The notes: a model not told the origin generated them from the letters alone. DNA of 64,000 nucleotides from an uncultured bacterium (GCA_963696395.1 CAVOJZ010000002.1:559317-623316), one strand, 5' to 3'; shown: positions 20,188 through 32,607, counted from the first letter of the stretch. A program made the numbers and translations.

Positions 20188-20703
20188 ATGATAATGCCTC
20201 CATCGAAACGTTCCGGTCAGTCACTTCTTGAAATGATAATTGCGCTTGCGATGCTCACCGTCGCCTTTCTTGGCATCGGGTCACTTCTTTCAAGATCATT
20301 CTTTTTGAATCGCGTCGCAACCAATGAAACGATCGGATCCTATCTTGCTGCTGAAGGTATCGAAGTGACAAAAAATATTATAGACAACGAAGTATATGGC
20401 GGACAAAACGGATGGGGGACGTGTTGCTTTCAGGGGCACACCTATTCAGTTACGTTCGGTGATACAGGCCCGACTCTTTCACCCGAAAATGGGAATACAC
20501 TTAAATTTGACCCAAATATGAATGACCCTACTGCAGGTTATCAATACAAAGTTGGAAACGCGACGCCCTTTACACGGAAGATTGTTATCACCGTTTCAAA
20601 CAAATCTGAAATCGATGTCCAGTCTATTGTCACATGGAGCACGGGACCAATCACCAGCGAAACCATTGTAGATGAAGATCATTTCTATGACTGGCATCCA
20701 TAA
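20188..20703 (+). CDS. minor pilin / pseudopilin
   Basis: Prepilin-like N-terminus ...SGQ|SLLEMIIALAML. Confidence 0.65.
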   Translation: MIMPPSKRSGQSLLEMIIALAMLTVAFLGIGSLLSRSFFLNRVATNETIGSYLAAEGIEVTKNIIDNEVYGGQNGWGTCCFQGHTYSVTFGDTGPTLSPENGNTLKFDPNMNDPTAGYQYKVGNATPFTRKIVITVSNKSEIDVQSIVTWSTGPITSETIVDEDHFYDWHP

Positions 20704-21358
20704 CGAATCATCACGGGCGGGATTTACACTTGTTGAAACTATGATTTCAATAGGAATTTTTATGATTCTTGTTACCATCGCAGTTGGCGGTTTTGTGCAG
20801 GCGATCCATACACAAGGCGAGGTTTCCAAATTAATCTCGGCACAGAGTAATGTGAGTCTTGGCATTGAGGAGATGGCCCGCGAAATCCGCACCGGATATC
20901 TTTTTTGCCACGACCCCGGTTCTAATAATCCGACTTCGAGTTGTGAGACAGTACGAAAGACGTGTTCAATCACTGACTCCGGTTTCTCGGATCCGGGCGG
21001 TCCGGGCGCGCTCGGGAATGGTGATTTGCCTGTTTGGACGTGTCCGACGTTGCAATTCTATAATGCGAATTCAGAACTTGTGAACTATTCTCTCTCTAGC
21101 GATGGAGCACTTGTTCGGAGCGATGTCGCGGAGAACAGCGGCCAAGCTCTGCCACTGACCTCCGGTGACGTTGTCGTGAAGACCCTGCAGTTCCGCCTTT
21201 TCGGCATGCTAGAGGGCGATGGCTGGACGCCCAGAATTACGGTTTTGTTGAGCATTGCTCCCAGTTCCACTGATCCGGCTATAGCTAACACGGTGCTCAA
21301 TTTCGAGACGACTATCAGTGCCCGGCAGATAGACTGCACGCCAAGCGGTCAGTGTTAA
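20672..21358 (+). CDS. minor pilin / pseudopilin (start may be ATG at 20687)
   Basis: Prepilin N-terminus ...SRAG|FTLVETMISIGIFMILV. Confidence 0.7.
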   Translation: MKIISMTGIHNESSRAGFTLVETMISIGIFMILVTIAVGGFVQAIHTQGEVSKLISAQSNVSLGIEEMAREIRTGYLFCHDPGSNNPTSSCETVRKTCSITDSGFSDPGGPGALGNGDLPVWTCPTLQFYNANSELVNYSLSSDGALVRSDVAENSGQALPLTSGDVVVKTLQFRLFGMLEGDGWTPRITVLLSIAPSSTDPAIANTVLNFETTISARQIDCTPSGQC

Positions 21359-21402
21359 ACAGGTTATTCACATCCGCCTTCCCTTCTTATCTGCTATGAT
21401 GA

Positions 21403-21861
21403 TTGCATATGCAGGATAACCGGCAGGGAAATCTTTGGGTATGGGTTGGCGTCGCAGTGGTTGTGATCGTCATCATTCTTGCGTTCATCTGGAAACCGAC
21501 CGGAAAGAGCCCCACGCCTCCCGGCACCCCGGTCTTTGCCCCGACCGGCCAGACCGTTGCCGGCTTTCCCCAGAATCTCATCCTCGATAGTGCCGCACAG
21601 ATTGCGAGCAGCTATTTGGTGAACTACTCATCGTCAACAAACCAGTACACGGCTTCCTGGAATTCATCAACTTCAATGGCGAGTGAATTTTCCGCCTACC
21701 AGCAATACCTTTCCACGAACGGCTGGACGGTGACGCCGAATCCGGCACGGCAGCAGAATGTCCGGGCTCTCGGAGCTTCAAACAGCAGCGCTATCCTTCT
21801 TGTGAATATCGTCGCCAAAGGAACGGGGTCGCAGGTGACGGTGACCTATGATACGAGGTGA
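21403..21861 (+). CDS. hypothetical membrane-anchored protein
   Basis: N-terminal TM (LWVWVGVAVVVIVIILAFIW), no motif. Confidence 0.5.
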   Translation: MHMQDNRQGNLWVWVGVAVVVIVIILAFIWKPTGKSPTPPGTPVFAPTGQTVAGFPQNLILDSAAQIASSYLVNYSSSTNQYTASWNSSTSMASEFSAYQQYLSTNGWTVTPNPARQQNVRALGASNSSAILLVNIVAKGTGSQVTVTYDTR

Positions 21862-24004
21862 TATGAAAATTAATAAAATCATATTCAGTACGGCAATCGC
21901 AACTGTTGTGCTCACGGTAGCCAGCTTTGCCTCGGTTACTCATTCTGCACATGCCGACGATGACGGCATCATCGATATAACCGTGTCTCCCACGCAAGGA
22001 GTAACCAGTACTATCACTGTGAATGGCAGCGGACAGGGAGGGACCATCGTCCAGGATTGTGGGCCGCGCATCGACAGCAAAGACTCGCCGAAGCCCATTC
22101 TAGCAATGTATTATTATTTCGATGGCAATTCTGCTAGCTCAACATTTCTTAATTATCCTTCGGAGTGGAACCAAACTTATCAAGGACAAATCTCTTGTGA
22201 TGGAAACCCGCCATATCGCGCGGACGAATACAGCATCGGTTTCGATGCGGATGTTTCAAGTTTGAGTCCAGGGACGCATACGATAACCGTGGCCGGTTCC
22301 GGTCATCCACCCATAGATTCCGGGGAAGGAACGTTTGTCATCAACGGTAGTGGCAGCGGCGGCAACACCACCGGCACCATCAATGTTTCCTCCATTAACG
22401 CCGTCACGAACGGCAGCGTTCAGGCAAGCTGGGACTTTACTGGACAGCCGTTCCAGGGACAGTTTGTTGATCCCTGCTCGGAAGGCGTTTGCAACAACAC
22501 GAGCTCAGCGACATATTCGAACGCCAACTTCGGCATCTACGAGCTGAATCCATCATCGATACCGGATCACTATGCCTTGCAATCGGTCAGGAAATCAACG
22601 GTTGCGCAAACCAGCTATCCAGACATTGCCTTCATCAACCGCTTCATCAATACGGCGCAGGCGGTTGAGATCTGCGGCTTCGCCAATGGCGGCAGCGAAC
22701 AATGCGACAACGGCAGCTCTCCTTCGCTTACGCTCGCAACCTCCGCCGGCTATCCTGTGAATCCAGACATCAGCTTCACGCTCGAGTGGACGCCTTTGGG
22801 AACGATTGATCCGGGACAACCGCCGGTGCTCAGCCCGTCGAACACGACCGGCGATATTTCTCTCGCCGACTCAAATGGAGCTCCCGGCTCACAGGTGACC
22901 GACCTCTCGGCTGGTCCTGTCACATATGGGAATGGAGCATCGAACTGGCTCACCATCGGCGACCTTTCTGGCATCACCCTCACTTACGGGGGACAGACTC
23001 AGTCGGTCGGCGTCACGGCTGATCAGAATCAAGCACGGAATTGTCCATCGGTTTGCACCGCAACCTTCACCATTAGCGGTTGGACCCCTTCCGCTTCCGC
23101 AACCGGCACGCAGGTTACAAGCGGCGATATCGTCGTCACCTACAATTCATCCGGCAACGGGAATGGCAATTACACAGTCTCCATCAATCCGTCGTCTTCA
23201 ACGCTTCTCACCGGTGGAGTCCAGCAGTTCACGGCAAGTACCACCGACCCGGCGGGCGTGACGTGGACGAATTCTGGTTTGGGGACCCTCTCCAATCCCA
23301 CAGCTTTGTCCGTCACATATACCGCTCCACCCAACCCAGGGAGCGATGCGGTCACGGCGACCAACAATACGGGCGGTCAAACGGCAACTGCGCCGATCAC
23401 GATCAATCAGCCGCAATCGAAGCCAACGGTCAACTTGAGCGTGAGCCCTTCAGCCATTAATTCAGGCGAACAGGCAACGCTTTCCTGGACAACTACAAAT
23501 GCCGATTCCTGCACCGCATCGTCCTCTCCGCAAGATCAAGGCTGGCTTCCGGGAACACCTGAGGCGACAGCCAACAATGGCACCTCAACCGCAACCGTAA
23601 GCCCGACGGGACCCGCCTTCGAAAACTATTCACTCACGTGCAGAAACCCCAAAGGCCATACCGTTGCAACTACCGTGCTCAATGTGATGACCTGCAGTCT
23701 GATTCCAAATCCATCGAGTGTTATCGTCCCGGGGACGTCTACTCTTAATTTTGACTGCGAAGCGATTCCAAATACCTACTCCTGTTTGCTCTTCGACCAG
23801 AACAACGTCCAGTATGGCACATATCAACCCCAGGGCGGGACAGTGAAAGGATTTTACACCGTCGCCCCGACAGCAAACACCACCTACACGATTGACTGCA
23901 CCGACAATGGCGGCGGCAACGGACCCCAGGCGAGCGCCACAACTCAGGTGAGCGTGACGAACCCCGGGCAGGGGGAGTGCCCTCCACAGGGATGTACACC
24001 TTAG
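21848..24004 (+). CDS. large secreted protein with Ig-like repeat domains
   Basis: Signal peptide, 718 aa, repeated ~90-aa T/S/G/N-rich modules with paired Cys. Confidence 0.7.
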   Translation: MIRGDMKINKIIFSTAIATVVLTVASFASVTHSAHADDDGIIDITVSPTQGVTSTITVNGSGQGGTIVQDCGPRIDSKDSPKPILAMYYYFDGNSASSTFLNYPSEWNQTYQGQISCDGNPPYRADEYSIGFDADVSSLSPGTHTITVAGSGHPPIDSGEGTFVINGSGSGGNTTGTINVSSINAVTNGSVQASWDFTGQPFQGQFVDPCSEGVCNNTSSATYSNANFGIYELNPSSIPDHYALQSVRKSTVAQTSYPDIAFINRFINTAQAVEICGFANGGSEQCDNGSSPSLTLATSAGYPVNPDISFTLEWTPLGTIDPGQPPVLSPSNTTGDISLADSNGAPGSQVTDLSAGPVTYGNGASNWLTIGDLSGITLTYGGQTQSVGVTADQNQARNCPSVCTATFTISGWTPSASATGTQVTSGDIVVTYNSSGNGNGNYTVSINPSSSTLLTGGVQQFTASTTDPAGVTWTNSGLGTLSNPTALSVTYTAPPNPGSDAVTATNNTGGQTATAPITINQPQSKPTVNLSVSPSAINSGEQATLSWTTTNADSCTASSSPQDQGWLPGTPEATANNGTSTATVSPTGPAFENYSLTCRNPKGHTVATTVLNVMTCSLIPNPSSVIVPGTSTLNFDCEAIPNTYSCLLFDQNNVQYGTYQPQGGTVKGFYTVAPTANTTYTIDCTDNGGGNGPQASATTQVSVTNPGQGECPPQGCTP

Positions 24005-24074
24005 CTTATCTTTGAGGTTCGGAAAATATAAAAAAAGAACCCCTGACACGATATAGATTGTGTCAGGGGCTTTG

Positions 24075-26057
24075 CTAATTGTTGTCTTCGATGTCGAGCG
24101 CGTTCGTTCGATCACCGAAATAGATCGTTTTGCCATTCGGAGAAACTCCTCGCCCGAGTGGCAACTTGGTTGAGCTCACGTTGAGCGTCGTTTTTGTTCC
24201 GGTCGTCGTGAGGACATCAACTCCCGTGGGGACCGCTTGCGCGGAAGAGGCAAACGTGATTTCAAACGTGTTCGCCGCCTCATTCGCAATGACCCCGTTC
24301 GGGAAGCCGTCCAGCGATACCGGTTGGCCGATGAGTTGCATCGAGCCAATATTGAAGAGGAATGCCTGTTTGCCGAGCGGGTCCAACAAGACGCCAACTC
24401 CGGAGCTCAATAACTTTATCTGAGCGAGCGTGCTTCCGGATCCGGACTGGGTAAGCCCGGGAACGCTCAGTGGTTTTCCTAACGATGTTAAGTCAGGAAT
24501 GCTGAGGCCCTGCAGCGTGTTCGTGCCGCAATTTAGGATGACGGCGTAGAGCGCGCTTCCGCTCTGGACCGCGTCAAGCGAGCACGGATCATTGAGGCTC
24601 GTGTAGGAGAAGTAATTATCGAATAGCGGATCGGTTAGAATGTTTGCGCCGACCAGCGTATTGACCGTCGGTTGGAGAGCCATGAAATAGCCCCCAGCCG
24701 CGGCAATCTCCCACCCGCTTTGTCCGTTCATATTGCCACCGCCAACACCGTTTCCGTTTAGGTCGGTGACAGAAATGCCTTCCTGCCCCCGTTCCACAAA
24801 GCCCAGATCGCCCGACGTTTGATCAAGCGCCATGACCTTTGCGATTCCCTTGCCGGCGCCGGCTTGCCAACTCGACAGAAGATTTCCGCTGGCATCAAAG
24901 TGATAAGCAATTCGTCCGCCCTGAGGTCCGTAGACAACAAGGAGGATCACGTCACCATTCTTCCCGTAAACCGCCATGGTGTTTTGATTGCCCATCATGG
25001 CGCCTGTGTAAGGATCGGAAATTGTTTGCTGGCTCTGTGTGCACGCTTGGAAAACGAACGTGCCAGGGTTGTATGTGTTTTGGTCAAAGTCCATCCCCCC
25101 GAATATTTCGGTTGGACTTTCGTATTCCCAGCCCATCAACGCCGGAAGTGGCGTGACAGACACGTTGTTCGTGCACCCCGAACTGAAGTTTGTCCCATTC
25201 AGGGTCGGGTTTATTGAGCCCTCGCAATAATAATCGTCGTTGCATCCAAAGATGAGCGGCGAAATAGACGTGATGGTTGATTGCTGGGACGCCGCCGTCA
25301 CGGTGATCTGAACCGACTTGGTTCCGCTGTTGCCTCCGGAGCCAGTGCATGGCCCAAGAGTATACGTTGCGGTGCCAACGGTCTGCGGTGTCACAGTTGT
25401 CCCGCTTGAGTTTGCCGCGACAGATCCGGACCAATCCGTTTCTGCCGGACTCGCCGAAGCTGTGCACGGATCGCTACCGCTCGTGTTTTGTGTGCCCCAC
25501 GAAAGCTGTAACGATGTTCCCACAACGACGGTTGATACCGACGCTGCGAACGACGTGATGCTTGCGGGTTGCGGGGCCGCCGTCACGGTGATCTGAACCG
25601 ACTTGGTTCCGCTGTTGCCTCCGGAGCCAGTGCATGGCCCAAGAGTATACGTTGCGGTGCCAACGGTCTGCGGTGTCACAGTTGTCCCGCTTGAGTTTGC
25701 CGCGACAGATCCGGACCAATCCGTTTCTGCCGGACTCGCCGAAGCTGTGCACGGATCGCTACCGCTCGTGTTTTGTGTGCCCCACGAAAGCTGTAACGAT
25801 GTTCCCACAACGACGGTTGATACCGACGCTGCGAACGACGTGATGCTTGCGGGTTGCGGGGCGACATCGCCTCCTCCATTACCACCTCCGCAGGAACTGA
25901 GAATCAACGAGGCTCCCAAAATTCCCGCCACCAGAAGAACAAAAAACGACTTGTTTTTGCTCATATCCTCTCTCCTATTTCGTAAATTGTGAATCGTGGC
26001 AGGATTTTGAACCAGCCAACTGGCTACACTATACTGCTTATCCCGCTGTTTTGTCAA
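24075..26057 (-). CDS. large secreted protein with tandemly duplicated Ig-like domain
   Basis: Signal peptide; 95-aa module APQPASITSFAAS...SVQITVTA present twice identically. Confidence 0.75.
   Translation of the reverse strand: MTKQRDKQYSVASWLVQNPATIHNLRNRREDMSKNKSFFVLLVAGILGASLILSSCGGGNGGGDVAPQPASITSFAASVSTVVVGTSLQLSWGTQNTSGSDPCTASASPAETDWSGSVAANSSGTTVTPQTVGTATYTLGPCTGSGGNSGTKSVQITVTAAPQPASITSFAASVSTVVVGTSLQLSWGTQNTSGSDPCTASASPAETDWSGSVAANSSGTTVTPQTVGTATYTLGPCTGSGGNSGTKSVQITVTAASQQSTITSISPLIFGCNDDYYCEGSINPTLNGTNFSSGCTNNVSVTPLPALMGWEYESPTEIFGGMDFDQNTYNPGTFVFQACTQSQQTISDPYTGAMMGNQNTMAVYGKNGDVILLVVYGPQGGRIAYHFDASGNLLSSWQAGAGKGIAKVMALDQTSGDLGFVERGQEGISVTDLNGNGVGGGNMNGQSGWEIAAAGGYFMALQPTVNTLVGANILTDPLFDNYFSYTSLNDPCSLDAVQSGSALYAVILNCGTNTLQGLSIPDLTSLGKPLSVPGLTQSGSGSTLAQIKLLSSGVGVLLDPLGKQAFLFNIGSMQLIGQPVSLDGFPNGVIANEAANTFEITFASSAQAVPTGVDVLTTTGTKTTLNVSSTKLPLGRGVSPNGKTIYFGDRTNALDIEDNN
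25291..25860. repeat. perfect 285-bp tandem duplication (2 copies) inside CDS 24075..26057
   Basis: Six-frame track shows pairs of ORFs offset by exactly 285 nt with identical translations; nucleotide lines 25291-25575 and 25576-25860 identical. Confidence 0.85.
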
Positions 26058-26067
26058 GGAAAATCAA

Positions 26068-26096
26068 AACAAAAACATTGACAATATATAAAAAAC
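26068..26096 (+). promoter_or_regulatory. sigma70-like promoter (TTGACA-17-TATAGT) upstream of 26181 gene
   Basis: TTGACA at 26068-26073, 17-nt AT-rich spacer, TATAGT at 26091-26096, ~85 nt upstream of ATG. Confidence 0.4.
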
Positions 26097-26180
26097 CAAT
26101 TATAGTGCGGCCAGTTAGCACGGCGGGAAAAACAGCACTTCCGTGCAACAATTTAAGAGTTTTAGGAGGAGAGGAGCAGT

Positions 26181-28250
26181 ATGAAAAAAGCGACGGTAAT
26201 TGTGGCGATGGCGTTCGCTCTCGTGGCCATGCTCGTGAGTATGGCATGCGGCGGCGGAAACGGAAGCAATAACGGAGGCGGCGGCCAACAGATCGTGGTT
26301 AGCGTCAACCCGAATACGGCGTCTGTTCAGGAAAATCAGCAGGTGTCATTTACGGCAACCGTTGAGAACGATTCGTCGAGCAAGGGCGTGACGTGGTCGT
26401 TGTCGGGTGGCGGTTGCACCGGCAGTGCCTGTGGCACGCTCTCGAGCGCGACCTCACAAAGCGGTGTGTCTGTGACCTACACGGCACCCCCGAGCGTTCC
26501 GAATCCAGCGACGGTAACCCTCACGGCAACGAGCATCACCGACCCAACAAAGGCGGCGACCGCTACGATCACCGTGACGGCGGGAACGAAACCGTCGGTC
26601 ACATTAACCGTTGACGGCAAAACGTCTGAAACGGTCAATGCAAACCAGATGCTTTCATTTGCATGGAGCTCGGCGAATGCCACAAGCGTGGTTCAATCGG
26701 CGAATCCTGCGCAAAGCAATTGGTCCGGAACGGTCACTCCAAATGTAAACGGGTCGGTACAATTCCCGCTTGCGACAGGACCGGTAACGTTTACTCTGAC
26801 CGCATCCGATGGTGCTGGCAACAGCGCATCGGCTTCCGTCACGGTGACCGTCGGTGATGTAGCGCCGGTTCTCAATGGATTCAACCCGTATGGCTTTTTC
26901 TGTATGTGGGGCGAAACCTGCGAGTTCGGCATGAATCAACTTGTGTCGGGAGGCAATTTCGCGCCGGGGCAACCGATTTATTGCACCGGATATCCGCAGG
27001 ATTGGGGGCAAACGTTGCCGCCAAATGTGGAGGCGACATATTTCAACTTCCTGGTTTCGGTTGGTGGCGAGTACTATCGTCCTCGTTTCATCAACTGCCA
27101 GGTCGCAACCGCCGATAACGTTCTGCTCTCGAACACCATGGCTTTTGGTTTTTACGGAGACATGCCGATCGCCGACAATGAAACGTCTGCGACGCCGCAC
27201 ATCTTTGTTCTTGATCAAGGCGATGGCGTTGTGGATGAATTCGACAATACGGGGGCGCTCACCAACCAGTGCAGCGTCACACCGAACTCTGCCAGGATGC
27301 GAATTGATCTTGACGCCAACGGCAATGCCAAATTTATTGTACTCGGCAGCGCAAATGGCGTTTCATGGACCGATTCAAGTTGTGGCAGCAGCGGGCAAGC
27401 GGCGAATATAACAGCACCCGTATCGGACGTTGCCGTGAAAAACGACGTGAGCTGTGGCGCTATTCCCTCGCAAGGGGATGTTGCCTGTGGCCCTGTCGCT
27501 GTCGGCAGCCAAAATTGGAAGACAACTTCCGCCGGAACAACACCGTATTCGCTCGCAATGAGCACGGCGTATGGCGGGAACGAACTGTTTTCTCTCGATA
27601 TTCAAGGGCGGGGACAGATCGTGCTCTTCAACGATTCGATCGCCGGTGACGGAACGTCAACGTCGGTCGGGTCACTCACACTTCCTGAGTTCATGCCGGT
27701 AAGCCAACTGCAGGGGAATGCGCTTAGGGGACGCTATGCGGCTCGCAGGCTTGCCCCAGGCAAATTGGCTGAGGTTAATCCGGCGGGGGAAAAAGTATCA
27801 GGCGAAAGCGCTTCTCTCGGCAATTACAATGCCGTCGCGCTGGATTCAACCAATCTGGTTGCGGTGATAGGTCCGGGAGTTGATGGCGTACACATGTTGG
27901 TCTCCGTCATTGTGGTTAATGGTGGAGCGATGAACGAAGCGGTGGTCGGCGGCGTGGTGCTGCCTGCTGAATCCTTCCGGATTGCAGCGGATAACGTCCA
28001 TAGCGGGTTCTTGATCTACTACGCCACCTACGATGCGAGTGGTTCCGATATTCTCGGCACGAGCCATATCGCATTCCTCAATGGGAGCGGCGTTCTTACA
28101 CCGCTCACGAGCGCATCCAGTACTGCCATTATGGCAGGCGGCGGAGGAGTGCTTCCGGATGGCAGTTTGTATATCACCGGATGGATTCCGTCTGACGATG
28201 TAGCTGGCGTGCAGGCTGTAACAGGCTTGCCGTATGCCCTCCAACAGTAG
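26181..28250 (+). CDS. large surface lipoprotein with Ig-like (BIG-type) domains
   Basis: Lipoprotein signal (…LVSMAC|GGGNG), repeated VSVTYTAPP / TVTLTAT modules. Confidence 0.7.
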   Translation: MKKATVIVAMAFALVAMLVSMACGGGNGSNNGGGGQQIVVSVNPNTASVQENQQVSFTATVENDSSSKGVTWSLSGGGCTGSACGTLSSATSQSGVSVTYTAPPSVPNPATVTLTATSITDPTKAATATITVTAGTKPSVTLTVDGKTSETVNANQMLSFAWSSANATSVVQSANPAQSNWSGTVTPNVNGSVQFPLATGPVTFTLTASDGAGNSASASVTVTVGDVAPVLNGFNPYGFFCMWGETCEFGMNQLVSGGNFAPGQPIYCTGYPQDWGQTLPPNVEATYFNFLVSVGGEYYRPRFINCQVATADNVLLSNTMAFGFYGDMPIADNETSATPHIFVLDQGDGVVDEFDNTGALTNQCSVTPNSARMRIDLDANGNAKFIVLGSANGVSWTDSSCGSSGQAANITAPVSDVAVKNDVSCGAIPSQGDVACGPVAVGSQNWKTTSAGTTPYSLAMSTAYGGNELFSLDIQGRGQIVLFNDSIAGDGTSTSVGSLTLPEFMPVSQLQGNALRGRYAARRLAPGKLAEVNPAGEKVSGESASLGNYNAVALDSTNLVAVIGPGVDGVHMLVSVIVVNGGAMNEAVVGGVVLPAESFRIAADNVHSGFLIYYATYDASGSDILGTSHIAFLNGSGVLTPLTSASSTAIMAGGGGVLPDGSLYITGWIPSDDVAGVQAVTGLPYALQQ

Positions 28251-28267
28251 TTCTTTGCAAGTACTTT

Positions 28268-28306
28268 GCCCTGACCGGCATTTATTAACCGGTCGGGGCT
28301 TTTCTT

Positions 28307-28311
<5 letters not shown>
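28268..28311 (+). terminator. rho-independent terminator
   Basis: Hairpin ccctgaccgg...ccggtcgggg followed by cttttctttt. Confidence 0.55.
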
Positions 28312-30851
<2,540 letters not shown>

Positions 30852-30892
30852 GCTTGCGGGCATTTAATGATTTTTTTAGGTAATTTTAATCT

Positions 30893-31603
30893 ATGCTTTG
30901 TTTTAATGTTGGCATCGCCATGCCTATCTATAGAACAAAGAATGAAGATTTTTTTAAGACATGGTCGTCCGATATGGCCTACCTGCTCGGATTTTTTGCC
31001 GCGGATGGGAACATGGTTTGCAACGGAAGAGGCGGTTATTATATTTCATTTGAAATTACCGATCTCGACCTACTTGAATCCATAAAAAGCGTTCTCGGCT
31101 CTCAAAATAAAATTTCTGTGCGAAATAGAAAGTCATCTTGGAAAACAATTTACAGATTACAAATCGGAAGCAAAAATATGTACCGTGATCTGTGTTTGCT
31201 TGGATTTACGCCGCACAAAAGTCTAACGATCGCGTGGCCTGATATCCCAACGATATATTTGCACGATTTCATAAGAGGGTATTTTGATGGGGATGGTTGT
31301 GTGCATTTAGGCAGATATTGGAGGAAGGACAGATGTATGTGGAAGTTGCAGTTTAGCGTCAGATTCACCTCTGGAAGCAGAAAATTTCTTGAAAGTCTGT
31401 GGAGCGCTATTGAGCCGGTTGTTCTCGGTGGCCATATTTCTCGAAAGAAGAGGGGTTATGAGCTTGTATTCGGGCAACATGATAGTATTGCTTTGTTCAA
31501 TTTTTTGTATAATAATGACACGGAGTTATTCCTGAAGCGCAAACATGAAAAATTTAAATATGCGTTTCAGGAATTAGGATTGGATAATGCGGTGGTAGCT
31601 TAG
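30893..31603 (+). CDS. free-standing two-motif LAGLIDADG homing endonuclease-like protein
   Basis: Two dodecapeptide motifs LLGFFAADGNM and IRGYFDGDGCV about 100 aa apart; last 15 nt overlap tRNA-Asp 5' end. Confidence 0.65.
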   Translation: MLCFNVGIAMPIYRTKNEDFFKTWSSDMAYLLGFFAADGNMVCNGRGGYYISFEITDLDLLESIKSVLGSQNKISVRNRKSSWKTIYRLQIGSKNMYRDLCLLGFTPHKSLTIAWPDIPTIYLHDFIRGYFDGDGCVHLGRYWRKDRCMWKLQFSVRFTSGSRKFLESLWSAIEPVVLGGHISRKKRGYELVFGQHDSIALFNFLYNNDTELFLKRKHEKFKYAFQELGLDNAVVA

Positions 31604-31663
31604 CTGGTCTAAAGCGATGCCCTGTCACGGCATAGATCGTGGGTTCAAATCCCATCCACCGCG
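31589..31663 (+). tRNA. tRNA-Asp (GUC), no encoded CCA
   Basis: Acceptor gcggtgg/ccaccgc, anticodon stem atgcc/ggcat loop ctGTCac, T-arm gtggg-ttcaaat-cccat. Confidence 0.75.
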
Positions 31664-31686
31664 CAGCGATTTGCTATACTGAATCT

Positions 31687-32535
31687 ATGCCAGAAATGAA
31701 AATGAATTCCGTCGGGTCTTTGTGGCAGTCGGCCTGGAAGCTTTACACGGATCGGTTTGCGATTATCACGCAAATCATTATTATTCCGGTTGTCGTTTTA
31801 GGCTTGGGAAACATTTTGAAAGCAATCGGTGGGTTGTCATTTTCGATTGCTGGGTCAATCCTGCTTGCGGCTGGAGTCCTGCTTTCCATTGTCGCGAACG
31901 CTGCCATCATTCATCTCTTCGAACACTCGTCGGGGCTTGAGGAATCCTATGTTGCCGCCGGACGATTATTTTGGCGGCTTATTTGGCTGGGGATTCTTAT
32001 TATCTTTGCCCTCTTTGGAGGGTTTGCCATGTTGGTCGTTCCTGGCGTCTTGCTCATGGTCGGTTTTGTTTTCGCAAATTATGCGCTGATACTTGAAGGC
32101 AAGCATGGCTTTGAGGCACTGACGACGAGCCGTGAATATGTAAAAGGATATTGGTGGTCGGTCTTTGGCCGGCTACTCTTGTTACTGCTCGGTTTTGTCG
32201 TCGCTTATATCGTTATCGGTCTGCCGTTCGCTTCGATCGGAGGGAAAATCGGCGGTGCGCTCGCGTCAACGATCATTACGCTTTTCATCGCGCCGTTTTC
32301 GATAGCGTATTACTACACGATGTATCGCAATCTTGTATCGCTCAAACCGCAAGTTCACGATGGGACGGTAAAAAGCAGCAAGACGTTTATCATTGTCGCG
32401 CAGGCGGTCGCGGCATTTATTGTTCTTATTGCCGTTCTCGGCATTATTTTTGCGGTGATTCTGGGGCGGGGGACGGATCGGGCATCGGGGAGCGTCAATT
32501 ATTATGGAGGTTACGGCACCCAGCAGGCGCCGTGA
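31687..32535 (+). CDS. hypothetical polytopic membrane protein
   Basis: 6+ hydrophobic helices; start trimmed from 31639 to ATG 31687 to clear tRNA-Asp. Confidence 0.55.
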   Translation: MPEMKMNSVGSLWQSAWKLYTDRFAIITQIIIIPVVVLGLGNILKAIGGLSFSIAGSILLAAGVLLSIVANAAIIHLFEHSSGLEESYVAAGRLFWRLIWLGILIIFALFGGFAMLVVPGVLLMVGFVFANYALILEGKHGFEALTTSREYVKGYWWSVFGRLLLLLLGFVVAYIVIGLPFASIGGKIGGALASTIITLFIAPFSIAYYYTMYRNLVSLKPQVHDGTVKSSKTFIIVAQAVAAFIVLIAVLGIIFAVILGRGTDRASGSVNYYGGYGTQQAP

Positions 32536-32607
32536 TCCACAGTTGTGAATTTCTCGGCTATTGTGCGGAAGCATCATGCGGTATAATAAACGTAATAGCT
32601 TAACAAC

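Noticed and set aside
22335-26000. Small ORFs inside and antisense to the large surface-protein genes (for example 22595..22819 -, 25084..25467 -, 25349..25558 +)
   Set aside because: Nested within long, well-supported ORFs with signal peptides. The duplicated pairs merely reflect the 285-bp tandem repeat.
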